The position numbers were made by a program, and so were the translations under genes. A DNA stretch of 64,000 nt from an uncultured Gemmatimonadota bacterium (GTDB taxonomy: Bacteria; GCA-2686955): the NCBI GenBank assembly GCA_964490075.1, contig CAZBBK010000018.1:1-64000 (forward strand), given 5' to 3'. Shown piece by piece: positions 10,881-19,805 of the stretch (its first letter is position 1; each line of letters starts with the position of its first letter). The notes under the pieces were generated by a model. It saw only the letters and a list, made by a program, of their open reading frames with translations. It was not told the DNA's origin and made no database searches.

Positions 10881-10890
10881 TGCTGGCGAA

Positions 10891-11790
10891 ATGGAGAAAC
10901 CGATGCTGAACCGAATCCTGGTCGCCTTCCTGGGCCTGGGCGCCGCGCTCGCACTGCTCTGGAGCTGCTGCTTCGTGGTCGGCGAGAACCAGCACGCCGT
11001 GGTGCAACGCTTCGGCGCTCCGCTGCGGGTGGCGAGCGAGGCGGGACTGGGCCTCAAACTGCCGGCGCCGATCGAAAGTGTCGTTCATATCGACGGGCGC
11101 GTGAACGTGCTCGATCCCACCCCCAGCGAGTACCTGACTCGCGACAAGAAGAACGTGATCGTCGACAGCTTCCTCGCCTGGTCGGTCGATGATCCGATCC
11201 GCTACATGGTCAGCGTCGCCAACCGCGCCGGCGCCGAGGCCCGCCTCACCGACGTGCTGCGCTCGGTGGTCGGCGATGTGGTCAGCTCGCACGATTTCGC
11301 CGCACTGGTCTCGCACCAGCCGCAGGAGATCGATCTGAAGGATGTGGTCGCCAAGGTAACCGAGGTGGCACGCGCCAAGGCCGAAGAGAGCTTCGGAATA
11401 GAGGTGCGGGCGGTGCGCATCAAGCGACTGAATTTCCCGCCGCAGAACAAGCAGGCGGTGTTCCAGCGGATGGAGGCCGAGCGCAAATCCTTCGCCGCCG
11501 CCTTCCGCTCCGAGGGGCTGGAAAAGTCGCAGAAGATCAAGGCCGACGCCGACCTGGTAGAGGCCAAGTTGCTGGCGGAGTCGGAGCGCAAGGCGCGCGA
11601 GCTGCGCGGTCAGGCCGACGCCGAGGCGGCGCGCATCTACGCCGACGCCTACGGCAAGGATGCCGAGCTCTATCGCTTCCTGCGTTCGCTGGAAGCGCTC
11701 GACGAAGTGCTGGGGGTGAAGTCGACGGTGATCTTGCCGGCCGATCACGAGCTGGTGAAGGTGCTCGACGGTCCCGGGGGCGAGGAGTAG
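10891..11790 (+). CDS. hflC: HflC-like SPFH protease modulator
   Basis: N-terminal TM, VVQRFG, YLTRDKKNVIVDSF..W.V.DP, VRIKRLNFP, VFQRMEAER, RGQADAEAARIYADAY.KD.ELY.FLRSL. Confidence 0.9.
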   Translation: MEKPMLNRILVAFLGLGAALALLWSCCFVVGENQHAVVQRFGAPLRVASEAGLGLKLPAPIESVVHIDGRVNVLDPTPSEYLTRDKKNVIVDSFLAWSVDDPIRYMVSVANRAGAEARLTDVLRSVVGDVVSSHDFAALVSHQPQEIDLKDVVAKVTEVARAKAEESFGIEVRAVRIKRLNFPPQNKQAVFQRMEAERKSFAAAFRSEGLEKSQKIKADADLVEAKLLAESERKARELRGQADAEAARIYADAYGKDAELYRFLRSLEALDEVLGVKSTVILPADHELVKVLDGPGGEE

Positions 11791-12732
11791 ATGGTGATGC
11801 AAGGAAGGCGCGTGGCGGCGCTGGCCGCGGCGGCGCTGGGAGCGGCCGCGGCGATCCTCCTGGCGTCCACGTCGGTCTGGACAGTGAGCCAGAACGAGTC
11901 CGGCGTGGTGTTGCGCTTCGGGCGAGCAGAGCGGGTGGTACCTTCCGGCATTTGCATGACGCTTCCCTGGCCGATGGAGACACTGATTCGGGTAGCCACC
12001 ACCGAAGTCCGCACCATGCCGATCGGCTTCCGCCTCACGGCCCGCGCCCGCGGCCTGAAGCCGACCGACGAGGAGCTGCAGTGGCTCACCGGCGACACCA
12101 ATATCGTCGAGCTCCAGGCGACCATTCAGTACACCGTCTCCGACCCGGCCGAGTACCTCTTCGGGATGGCCGACCCGGTGGCCGACGAGCCGCGCGACTT
12201 CGGCATCCGCAAAGTGGGGGAAGCGGTGTTCACGGCACTGGTCGCCAAGCGCCGCATCGACGACGTGCTGGCCAGCGGCAAGGTGCAGCTACAGATCGAC
12301 GCGATCGACGAGGTGCAGGCACTGCTCGACACCCTGCACCTGGGGGTGCGCGTCACCTCACTCAACATCGTCGAAGTGACGCCGCCGGCGGCGGTGATCG
12401 GCGCCTTCAACGATGTCTCCAGCGCCAAGGCCGATCGCGAGCGCACCATCACCGAGGCCCGCGGCGACGCCAACCGCACCCTGCCGGTGGCGCGCGCCGA
12501 GGCCAACCGGATGATCCGCGACGCCGAGATCTATCGCAGCGACCTGCTGGGACGGGCCCGCGGCGCCGCCCGCAGCTTCGCCGAGCTGTCGCGCGAGGCG
12601 GCCTCCCACCCCGCGGTGACCCGCCGGCGGATCTGGCTGGAAGCGATGGAAAAGCTGCTGCCACGCACCACCACCAAGGTGATTCAGCCGCCCTCCGGCG
12701 ACCGGCCGCGGCGCATCTTCATCGAGGGTTGA
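11791..12732 (+). CDS. hflK: HflK-like SPFH protease modulator
   Basis: GVVLRFG, LPWPME, LTGDTNIV, IQYTVSDP..YLF, PP..V..AFNDV.SA, VTRRRIWLEAME. Confidence 0.85.
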   Translation: MVMQGRRVAALAAAALGAAAAILLASTSVWTVSQNESGVVLRFGRAERVVPSGICMTLPWPMETLIRVATTEVRTMPIGFRLTARARGLKPTDEELQWLTGDTNIVELQATIQYTVSDPAEYLFGMADPVADEPRDFGIRKVGEAVFTALVAKRRIDDVLASGKVQLQIDAIDEVQALLDTLHLGVRVTSLNIVEVTPPAAVIGAFNDVSSAKADRERTITEARGDANRTLPVARAEANRMIRDAEIYRSDLLGRARGAARSFAELSREAASHPAVTRRRIWLEAMEKLLPRTTTKVIQPPSGDRPRRIFIEG

Positions 12733-15307
12733 GCATCTCGGTAGCGACGCGCCGCACCGCCAGATGCTCGGCCTCGGTCGCCTGGCGCAGCGCGTCCTGG
12801 GCCGCGGCTCCGGAAATGCGAGCCAGCGCCCAGGCCGCGTGGTATTGGCGGATGCGGTAGGCCTCGGCGTCGAAGCCGACCAGCGCCTCGATCAAGGACT
12901 CCGTCGCCGACCGGCAGCGCCCGGCGCCGGCGGCCCAGACCGCCCAGTCGCCCACCGCGTGGAACTTGTCCCCCAGCAAGGTGCGCAGCCTCTCCTCCGA
13001 AACGCACAAGCGCTGCTGGCCCAGGGCCCGCACCGCGGCCAGCCGCACCTGCGGGGCGTCGTCGTCGAGCGCCGCCCGCGTGAAGGCGCGCGCCCGGGCG
13101 GAGTCGTACCAGCCGAGCACGCGCAGCGCGGCACTGCGCACCTCGGGATCGGCGTGCTCCGCGCCCTGGCAAGCCGCGACCGCCAGGAGCGTCTCGCGCC
13201 GCATCCGGCCCTCGCGCAGCCAGCCGAGCTCCAGAGCGTGCAGTGCCGCCGCCCGCACCGGCGGATCGGGATCGGTGGCCATCGCCAGCAAGCGCGCGCG
13301 CCCCGCAGCCAACCGGCCGAGCGCCAGCGCACAGGCCTCGCGCACCCGCCCGGGCTCGGGTCCGGCAAGGACACGCTCCAGCGCCGCCGCCGCCCCCCAG
13401 TGGGCCGGACCGTTGCCCAGCGAGGTGGCCGCGCTCTCGCGCAGCGCCGGGTCGCGCTCGGGATCGGCCAGCACCGCGATCAGCTGGCGATGCACCGACT
13501 CCGAGGGGAGCCAGCCCAGGAGCCGGACGGCATCGCGGCTCAACAGGGGCCGATCCCGCCGCCGCAGCTGCGCATGGGCCCAGTCCCGCAGGATCGCGAC
13601 CGTGCTCCAGCCCGTCATGCGTCCACCACGCGCCGCGCCGCGGATCAGGATCTCGGCCGCCAGGTCGTCGGTGAGCAACGAGTCGAGCGCCGCGGCGCTC
13701 GGTTCCGCGTGAGCGCTGCGCAGCGACCAGGCCGCACCGGCGCGCACCAGCGAATCGCCGTCTCGCGCCAGCGTCTCGAGCAGCCGCGACCAGGACTGGT
13801 GCCCGATCGCCCTCCGTGGCACCCCCCCATACCAGGCCCAGGCCCGCGCGAGCCGGTCCTCGGGGGCGCCGCCCCAGGCATCGAGGCGCTCCTCCACGAT
13901 GCGGGTGTCTTCCAGCCAGGCCGCCGGTCGCGGATCGAGCGGGTCGTTCCAGATCGCCGCCGGCAGCTCGCGTTCGGGCCGCGCCAGGTGGGTCGGCGCC
14001 AGCGACCACGGCTCGCCTCCGCTCCAAGCTCGCAGATGATCCCAGACCGCCCGCGCCATGACCCCATAGCCCTCCTCGGTCGGGTGCTCGTAGTCGGCGT
14101 AGAGCGTAGTTCCGACCGCATCGCCACGCGCCCGCGCCGCCTCCTCCAGCGCACCGATCGCGTCGATCAAGGGCAGCCGCTCCTGGCGCGCCACCGACGC
14201 CAGAATCGTATTGCGGATGCGCAGGCGCTCCAGGCCGGGCCAGCCCTCGGTCCGCGCCCGCCCGGCGCTGGCGAGCCCGTTGGCCGGGCGCCCCGCCAGC
14301 TGGTGGATCGCAGCCTCGACCAGGCGCAGTCGAATCGTCTCATGAGCGCCCCACTCCTCCCCGTCGACCGGCCCCTTGCGCTTCGCCCTCGCGATCCCGG
14401 CCAGAGCCGTGTTCTCGTTGCCGGCCAGCAGCTCCCCCGTGACCCCGGGCACCCAGGCGTCCAGCGCTTCGGTCGCCATCGGCAGGTTCAGCAGGGCGAG
14501 CGGCACCCGCGCTTCGGCGGTCACGCGTGCCATCTCTCGCAGGCTGTGGGAGTAGTGCAGCAGCACACCGAAGCGGCGTTCGGGGTCGTCGGGCACCAGG
14601 TCGAACCACTGCATCTCCCCCTCGGTCACCATCGGCCGACCGAGCATGTCGCGGGTGACCGTGCGAGTCGGCTCTTCGAAGCTCAACGTCGCGCGGATCC
14701 GGAACAGCCCCGCCTTGATCGCAACGAAGAGCTTGCTCGCCGCCAGGGTCCGCTGCACGGCCAGCAGCGCGCGCGGCCGCTCCAGCAAAGGCGCGTAGAA
14801 GAGCCGCTCGTGGTACTCGTTCAGGCCGGTCGACACCAGGACCAGGTCGGGCTGATAGCGCATCACCTCCTTGAGCACGCTCAGCACCCGGAACGAGGAG
14901 TAGCCGAGCGCCCCGGCGTTGATCACCTCGACCCGGCGCCCCGCTCCCGCCTCGCGGCGCAGGATCGTCTCCAGCTGCGCCGGATAGGCGACGCTCGGAT
15001 CACCTTCCACCAACCCCGGATGGACGAAGCCGAAGGTGACCGAGCCGCCCAGGCAGAACACGCGAAAGAGGTCGTCGGGTTTCGGCATCTCGAAGGACTG
15101 CGGCTGGAAGAAACCGAGCTTGCGCGGATTGGTCTGCATCCGCCCCGGCTCGGTCTCCACGTAGACCGGGTGCATGCCGTAGAAGCCGACGAAGGGATCC
15201 TCCTGCTCCAGCGGGTGGCCGAGCCCGGCGTCGATCGCGCGCGCCGCCAGCTCCGCGCAGACCAGCAGCACGGCCATCGTCGCACACGCGAAAAGAGCTC
15301 TTCTCAT
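12719..15307 (-). CDS. Membrane-anchored SGNH/GDSL hydrolase-like protein with C-terminal HEAT repeats
   Basis: N-terminal TM (ELAARAID); FCLGGSVTFG, INAGALGYSS, GLNE and DYEHP catalytic blocks; repeated D.DP.VR.AA..ALG units. Start re-assigned to ATG15307. Confidence 0.8.
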   Translation of the reverse strand: MRRALFACATMAVLLVCAELAARAIDAGLGHPLEQEDPFVGFYGMHPVYVETEPGRMQTNPRKLGFFQPQSFEMPKPDDLFRVFCLGGSVTFGFVHPGLVEGDPSVAYPAQLETILRREAGAGRRVEVINAGALGYSSFRVLSVLKEVMRYQPDLVLVSTGLNEYHERLFYAPLLERPRALLAVQRTLAASKLFVAIKAGLFRIRATLSFEEPTRTVTRDMLGRPMVTEGEMQWFDLVPDDPERRFGVLLHYSHSLREMARVTAEARVPLALLNLPMATEALDAWVPGVTGELLAGNENTALAGIARAKRKGPVDGEEWGAHETIRLRLVEAAIHQLAGRPANGLASAGRARTEGWPGLERLRIRNTILASVARQERLPLIDAIGALEEAARARGDAVGTTLYADYEHPTEEGYGVMARAVWDHLRAWSGGEPWSLAPTHLARPERELPAAIWNDPLDPRPAAWLEDTRIVEERLDAWGGAPEDRLARAWAWYGGVPRRAIGHQSWSRLLETLARDGDSLVRAGAAWSLRSAHAEPSAAALDSLLTDDLAAEILIRGAARGGRMTGWSTVAILRDWAHAQLRRRDRPLLSRDAVRLLGWLPSESVHRQLIAVLADPERDPALRESAATSLGNGPAHWGAAAALERVLAGPEPGRVREACALALGRLAAGRARLLAMATDPDPPVRAAALHALELGWLREGRMRRETLLAVAACQGAEHADPEVRSAALRVLGWYDSARARAFTRAALDDDAPQVRLAAVRALGQQRLCVSEERLRTLLGDKFHAVGDWAVWAAGAGRCRSATESLIEALVGFDAEAYRIRQYHAAWALARISGAAAQDALRQATEAEHLAVRRVATEMLNPR

Positions 15308-16305
15308 CGATCCAGCTCGGCCGCCTGACGGCGCATGATCCGCGCCTCCTCGTCCTTGCCCCGGGCCTCCAGAGCCCGCGCCAGGTCCTTCATGTAGCGC
15401 GGGTTGCCCGGGTTCATCTCGAGCGCTCGCACGAGCAGCTTCTGCGCCCGCTCGGGTCGGCTCTCGGCCAGCGCCAGCGCGGCGAAGAGGTGCAGCGACT
15501 CCTCGCTCTGCTCGTCGACCCACTCCAGACGCTCGGCCAGGCCCCGCGCCTCGTCGAGCCGACCGCTGCGCAGGCGGAACCAGGCGGTGTCGCGCAGGTA
15601 CTTCGCCTCGGTCGGCCGCAGCTCCAGCGCCCGCGCGAAGCTGGCCGCCGCGTCGGCGTCGCGCCCCTGCGCCAGGCGCAGCCCGGCGATGCGGAAATGC
15701 AGCTCCGCCTCGCCCGGGGTGATCGCCAAGAGCCGCGCGTAGACCCGCGCCGCCTCCTGGTAGCGCCCCGCGGCGGCCAGCGCCTCGCCCAGCTTCATGC
15801 CGGCCAGGGGATGGTCGGGATTCAGGGCCAGGGCGCCGCGCTGGGTCTCGATCGCCTCCGCGGGCCTTCCGAGCTGCAGCAGCAGCTCCCCGAGCTGCAC
15901 CCGCGCCCCGATGTCGGCCGGCTCCAGGTCGATGGCCCGCCGCAGGCGCGCGTCGGCCTCCGGCAGCCGGCCGCGGCTCTCGTAGGCGGCCGCCAGGCGG
16001 CGCTGCAGCCAGAAGTCGTCGGCGTCGATCTCGACCGCCCTCCGCAGCGCCGCGATCGCCTCGTCGCTGCGCCCCGCGAGTGCCAGCACCTCGCCGCGCA
16101 GCAGGTGGTAGCCGGCCCGCCCCGGCTCCAGCTCCAGGGCCTTTTCCACCAGCTCCAGAGCCTCTTCCGGGTCGCCCGCCGCGCGCCGCAGGTCGGCCGC
16201 CACGTAGTACGCGGCAGCCCCCTCTCCGGCGACGCCCGCCGGCGGCGAGCCGCCGCAGCCCGCGAGCAGCGGCAAGATCGTCGCGAGCGCGGGAAGGCCC
16301 CTCAT
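15304..16305 (-). CDS. TPR-repeat lipoprotein
   Basis: Lipobox LLAGC and repeated A...L.RA.EL.P TPR units. Start ATG16305 overlaps the upstream stop. Confidence 0.8.
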   Translation of the reverse strand: MRGLPALATILPLLAGCGGSPPAGVAGEGAAAYYVAADLRRAAGDPEEALELVEKALELEPGRAGYHLLRGEVLALAGRSDEAIAALRRAVEIDADDFWLQRRLAAAYESRGRLPEADARLRRAIDLEPADIGARVQLGELLLQLGRPAEAIETQRGALALNPDHPLAGMKLGEALAAAGRYQEAARVYARLLAITPGEAELHFRIAGLRLAQGRDADAAASFARALELRPTEAKYLRDTAWFRLRSGRLDEARGLAERLEWVDEQSEESLHLFAALALAESRPERAQKLLVRALEMNPGNPRYMKDLARALEARGKDEEARIMRRQAAELDR

Positions 16306-17510
16306 GGCCGCAACGCCTCGCCACGTTCCATCGCCGCCAGGTACTCCTCGCGCCGCCCCAGACGCTCGAGCAGCAGCCCCTTGCCGAAATGCACGCTGCC
16401 CTGCGCCGGGTTGGCGGCGATCGCCCGGTCCCAGCAGCCCAGCGCCTCGTCGACCCGCCCGGCCCGCTCCAGCAGGTGCGAGAGCCGAAACCAGCCGTCC
16501 ACCCGCGTCGAATCGACCGCGATCGCGGCGCGCAGCTCCGACTCCACGAGTCCCCAATCCCCACGCCGCCGGTGGATCGTCGCCAGTCCCAGGTGGGCGA
16601 GCGGGTCGTTTCCATCCTCGCGCGCCGCCTGCGCCAGCGCCCGCCGCGCCTCCTCCAGGCGCCCCAGCGCCAGCAGTGCCTCGCCCCAGCGCCGCACCGG
16701 CAGCGCGTCGCCCCGCCCCGGACAGCGCACCGCTCGCTCCCAGACCTTCGCCGCCAGGTCGCCGCGCCGGGCCTCTTCGGCGACCGTCGCCTTCCACCAG
16801 AGCAGGGAATCGGCGCAGGCCCCGAACACCCCAATCGCCCGATCGAGCGCCGCGAGCGCCGCGTCGAAGCGTCGCTGGCGGCGTTGAATGCGCACGATCT
16901 GCACGTGGTACTCGCGCTCCCGCGGGCGCGCCGCGGCCGCCTCTTCGAGCAGCGCCAGGGCCTCGTCGAAGCGGTGCTTCGAGGCGTAGATCTCCGCCAG
17001 CTGGTAGTGGACGCTCATGTCCCCCGCCGGCAGCAGCGCCCGCCCTCGCTCGAAGGTCTGAATCGCCCGCCCCAGCTCCCCCAGCGCGTGCTGGTTGCGC
17101 GCCACCCCCAGATGGCCCTCGGGCCGCTCCGGCGCGGAATCGACCACCTCTCGGTAGCGCTCCAGCGCCTGCTCGGCGCGCCCCGCCGTCTCCAGGATCC
17201 CGGCCGCCGCCAGACCGATCTCGACGTTGCCCGGATGCCGCCCCGCGGCCTCGTCCAGCACCTCCAGCGCCTGGGCCGCGCGCTCCTCCCGCACCAGCAG
17301 CCGCGCCAGGCGCAGCGGGAAGCGTGGGTCGCCGGGCAGATCCTCCATGCCCTGTCGCCACAGCCGCTCGGCCGCCTCCACATCGCCTCCACCCTCGGCC
17401 TGCTCGGCCGCCACGAAGGCCCGCTCGGCCGCCGGATTCGCGGGCTCCGCCGCCCCGATCCCGCACAGCAGAATCGCCAGACAAGAGACCACCCGCGCGC
17501 GCTCGATCAT
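16302..17510 (-). CDS. Secreted TPR-repeat protein
   Basis: Signal peptide MIERARVVSCLAILLCGIGA followed by tandem TPR motifs. Confidence 0.8.
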   Translation of the reverse strand: MIERARVVSCLAILLCGIGAAEPANPAAERAFVAAEQAEGGGDVEAAERLWRQGMEDLPGDPRFPLRLARLLVREERAAQALEVLDEAAGRHPGNVEIGLAAAGILETAGRAEQALERYREVVDSAPERPEGHLGVARNQHALGELGRAIQTFERGRALLPAGDMSVHYQLAEIYASKHRFDEALALLEEAAAARPREREYHVQIVRIQRRQRRFDAALAALDRAIGVFGACADSLLWWKATVAEEARRGDLAAKVWERAVRCPGRGDALPVRRWGEALLALGRLEEARRALAQAAREDGNDPLAHLGLATIHRRRGDWGLVESELRAAIAVDSTRVDGWFRLSHLLERAGRVDEALGCWDRAIAANPAQGSVHFGKGLLLERLGRREEYLAAMERGEALRP

Positions 17511-17569
17511 CGGCCAACTCTGTCTGGCGGCATCGCCGCTGTCAATGGTCTCGGTGGGGCATCCTGCGT

Positions 17570-17730
17570 TTCGATAGAGCGCTTCTCCACGCGGAAAGCA
17601 CCCGGAACGCCCCCCATCGAGCCCCTGCCCATGCCCGATTCGGGCAGCGAAGTCGGGCAGAGGCGCGGGCAAGGGCAGGTTCTGTCACACACCGGCCGCT
17701 CCCTGCGCAGAGGCTCGCCAGATCGAAACC
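17570..17730. repeat. Imperfect palindromic intergenic repeat (REP/MITE-like) with TGCCC-rich core
   Basis: 17570-17607 matches the reverse complement of 19847-19884 at 32/38 nt. The central hairpin TGCCCGATTCGGGCA (17632-17646) also occurs inverted at 18753-18767. Confidence 0.7.
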
Positions 17731-17775
17731 TCAGGGGCCCCCTCCGACCCTCCCCACGACGCTATCCTTCCATGC

Positions 17776-18072
17776 ATGAGGCCCCTGACCACCGATCTGC
17801 GCCGCACCGACGCGCGCCCCTACTTCCTCTGGGACGAAGACGTCTCGGTGGCGGAGCTGCGCGCCTGCCTGCGGGGCGGCGACCGATGGGAGAAGGACCG
17901 GCTCCTTGGGAAGATGCTGCGCGAAGCGCGCGACACCGATGTGTGGCTCTTCGTCACCCCAGAAGAGGTCGCGCGGGCACTGCCCCGGCTGCGCAGGCGT
18001 CTGGGGCGTCGATGGGCTTTCTGGAAGTTCCTGATCGAGGGCTGGCGAGAGCATGGGATCATCGAAGAGTAG
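17776..18072 (+). CDS. Small protein, putative antitoxin partner of the downstream nucleotidyltransferase
   Basis: 98 aa with a RPYFLWD motif; overlaps an AbiEii-like gene, a typical two-gene TA layout. Confidence 0.65.
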   Translation: MRPLTTDLRRTDARPYFLWDEDVSVAELRACLRGGDRWEKDRLLGKMLREARDTDVWLFVTPEEVARALPRLRRRLGRRWAFWKFLIEGWREHGIIEE

Positions 18073-18706
18073 CCGGCTGTCCGAGTTCCAGACGCAGGTG
18101 TTGCGGGCCTTCTTCGCGCGCGAGCGGGGCTTCTTCCTGACCGGCGGCGCCGCGCTCGCCGGCTTCCACCTGAAGCACCGGACGACGACCGATCTCGATC
18201 TCTTCACGCTCGATGCGGAGGCGTTCTCTCGCGGCCGTCGCGTGCTGGAAGATGTCGCCGACGAGCTCGCGGCCAGCACTGAGATCACCCGCACCGCCCC
18301 CGGCTTCCAGCGCTTCGTTCTGGAACGGGGCGGCGACGCGGTGGTGCTCGACCTGGTTCGGGAGCGGGTCGCTCAGGCTTGCGCGGAGAAGCTCGAGCGC
18401 GACGGCATCGTGGTCGATCCCGCGCCGGAGATCGTGGCGAACAAGCTCGCCGCGCTGGCCGGCCGCGCCGAGGAGCGCGACCTGGTCGATCTGCTCATCC
18501 TGGAACGCGCGGGCCATCGCATCGAGGACTCGCTGGTCCACGCCCAGGCGAAGGACGGCGGCTGCACTCCGGCCACACTCGCATGGCTCCTCTCGGAGAT
18601 CGAGGTCCCCGAAGGTGCCCAGCTCCCCGCGGAGGTCGCCCCGGCCGAGCTGCGCTCGTTCATCGCCGACCTCATCCGCCGCCTCCTTCTCGCCGCGGCT
18701 CCCTGA
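18053..18706 (+). CDS. AbiEii/AbiGii-family nucleotidyltransferase toxin
   Basis: FFLTGGAAL..FHLKHR.T.DLDLF and NKL.AL.GR.E.RDLVDL motifs. Confidence 0.85.
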   Translation: MGSSKSSRLSEFQTQVLRAFFARERGFFLTGGAALAGFHLKHRTTTDLDLFTLDAEAFSRGRRVLEDVADELAASTEITRTAPGFQRFVLERGGDAVVLDLVRERVAQACAEKLERDGIVVDPAPEIVANKLAALAGRAEERDLVDLLILERAGHRIEDSLVHAQAKDGGCTPATLAWLLSEIEVPEGAQLPAEVAPAELRSFIADLIRRLLLAAAP

Positions 18707-18949
18707 TCGCCCAGGTCCCGGCGCCGCGCTCCCCATCCGCACGCGAATCCGTTGCCCGAATCGGGCAGGGGCTCCCCACCATTAGGCAACGAAAGACCCC
18801 GGGGCTGTGACTCCGAACGCCACTTGAGGTCGGCGAAGAGATGACTCCCCGGGTTTGCGCCCAGATGTGCCGTGGATCCGGTCGATCGGTGCCCCGACAC
18901 AAAGCCCAGCTCCGCGCCCGGAGCCGCGGTTCATGACGCCTTTTCGCGA

Positions 18950-19092
18950 CACAACTCGCCACTCTCGATCGAGAGTGCGGAGTTACGACCGTATACCCGT
19001 CACAACTCGTCACTCATCGCGATGAAACCGGAGCCACGACCGTATTCGCGCCGTAACTCCCGACTCTCGATCGAGAGTTGGGAGTTGTGACC
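18950..19092. repeat. Three degenerate 51-bp tandem units, each centred on a palindrome
   Basis: ACTCTCGATCGAGAGT at 18961 and 19063, variant ACTCATCGCGATGAAA at 19012; exact 51-nt period. Confidence 0.85.
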
Positions 19093-19110
19093 AAAATCTT
19101 GCCGAGACCT

Positions 19111-19582
19111 TCAGCTCCTCGATCGGAGGTGACAGGCGCGGCGCATGACCACCGCGCGCCGCTTCCCGCTGGCGCGGGGCACCGGGCTCACCCCGGCCAG
19201 GGAACGCAGGGCGTGGTAGTCTCGAGCCTTGATGGCTGATGAGGCCTCGGAGAGCAGCGTGGCGAGAACGATCCGCCCGACTCCCGGCAAGGAACGTAGG
19301 ATCTCAACGTCGCGCTGTTCGCATTGCTCCCCGGGAATCGACTCCTCGCCATCGCTTTCCGGAGTCTGTGCATCGCACAGCGCGTCGACCCGTTGGTGAC
19401 ACCGCCGGATCTGGCGGTTCACCACGCGAAGCCGCTCCACGAGTAGCTCCACATGGGCGACCGCCGCTTCTGAGGACAACGCCCTCTCCAGGCAGCTCGC
19501 ACGAGGGATCGATCGCACAAACCTGATGCTAAGGCGTCGCCCAATCCACTCCTACGAACACCCATACGCTCGCCTCTTCCAT
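19111..19582 (-). pseudogene. IS110 recombinase/transposase pseudogene
   Basis: N-terminus VFVGVDWATP*HQVCAID has an in-frame TAG. After a frame change and large deletion comes LRSLPGVGRIVLATLLSE..AGVSPVPRASGK..RRAC (Transposase_20-like); the C-terminus is missing. Confidence 0.9.
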
Positions 19583-19609
19583 AACCAACCCCTTGCTACA
19601 ACGGATAGA

Positions 19610-19805
19610 CAAGGCCGCCGCGATGGTCGGGGCACCCCTGTACCGGCGCTCGAAGCGCGGACTCCCCACTGGACCTTCATCGCGACGAACCCGCCGGGGC
19701 ACATCTCCCTGCCAGGCGCTCGAAGCGCCGGGCAATGAAGGTGGCTCCCGGCGGATCGGGCTGGCCTGACCGGATTATCCCTGATCAGGGGCGCCAGCTA
19801 GGTTG
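19610..19805 (-). ncRNA. Candidate IS110 bridge RNA (5' hairpin plus target-binding and donor-binding loops)
   Basis: Non-coding region upstream of the recombinase. Hairpin CCCTGATCAGGG (19779-90); two stem/internal-loop/hairpin modules sharing GCGCTTCGAGCGC; loop sequences match the element junctions. Confidence 0.75.

Noticed and set aside
15308-16834. N-terminal extension of the 1371-aa ORF (likewise for the 1662-aa and 862-aa ORFs)
   Set aside because: The extensions overlap better-supported genes in other frames; starts were moved to ATGs with signal or anchor sequences.
18950-19092. CRISPR interpretation of the 51-bp repeats
   Set aside because: Only three degenerate units, the intervening sequences resemble each other, and there are no cas genes in the window.
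19529-19531. Stop-codon recoding (TAG in the IS110 gene, TAA at 614)
   Set aside because: TAG and TAA terminate many normal genes here, and the IS110 gene has further lesions, so decay or error is the simpler explanation.
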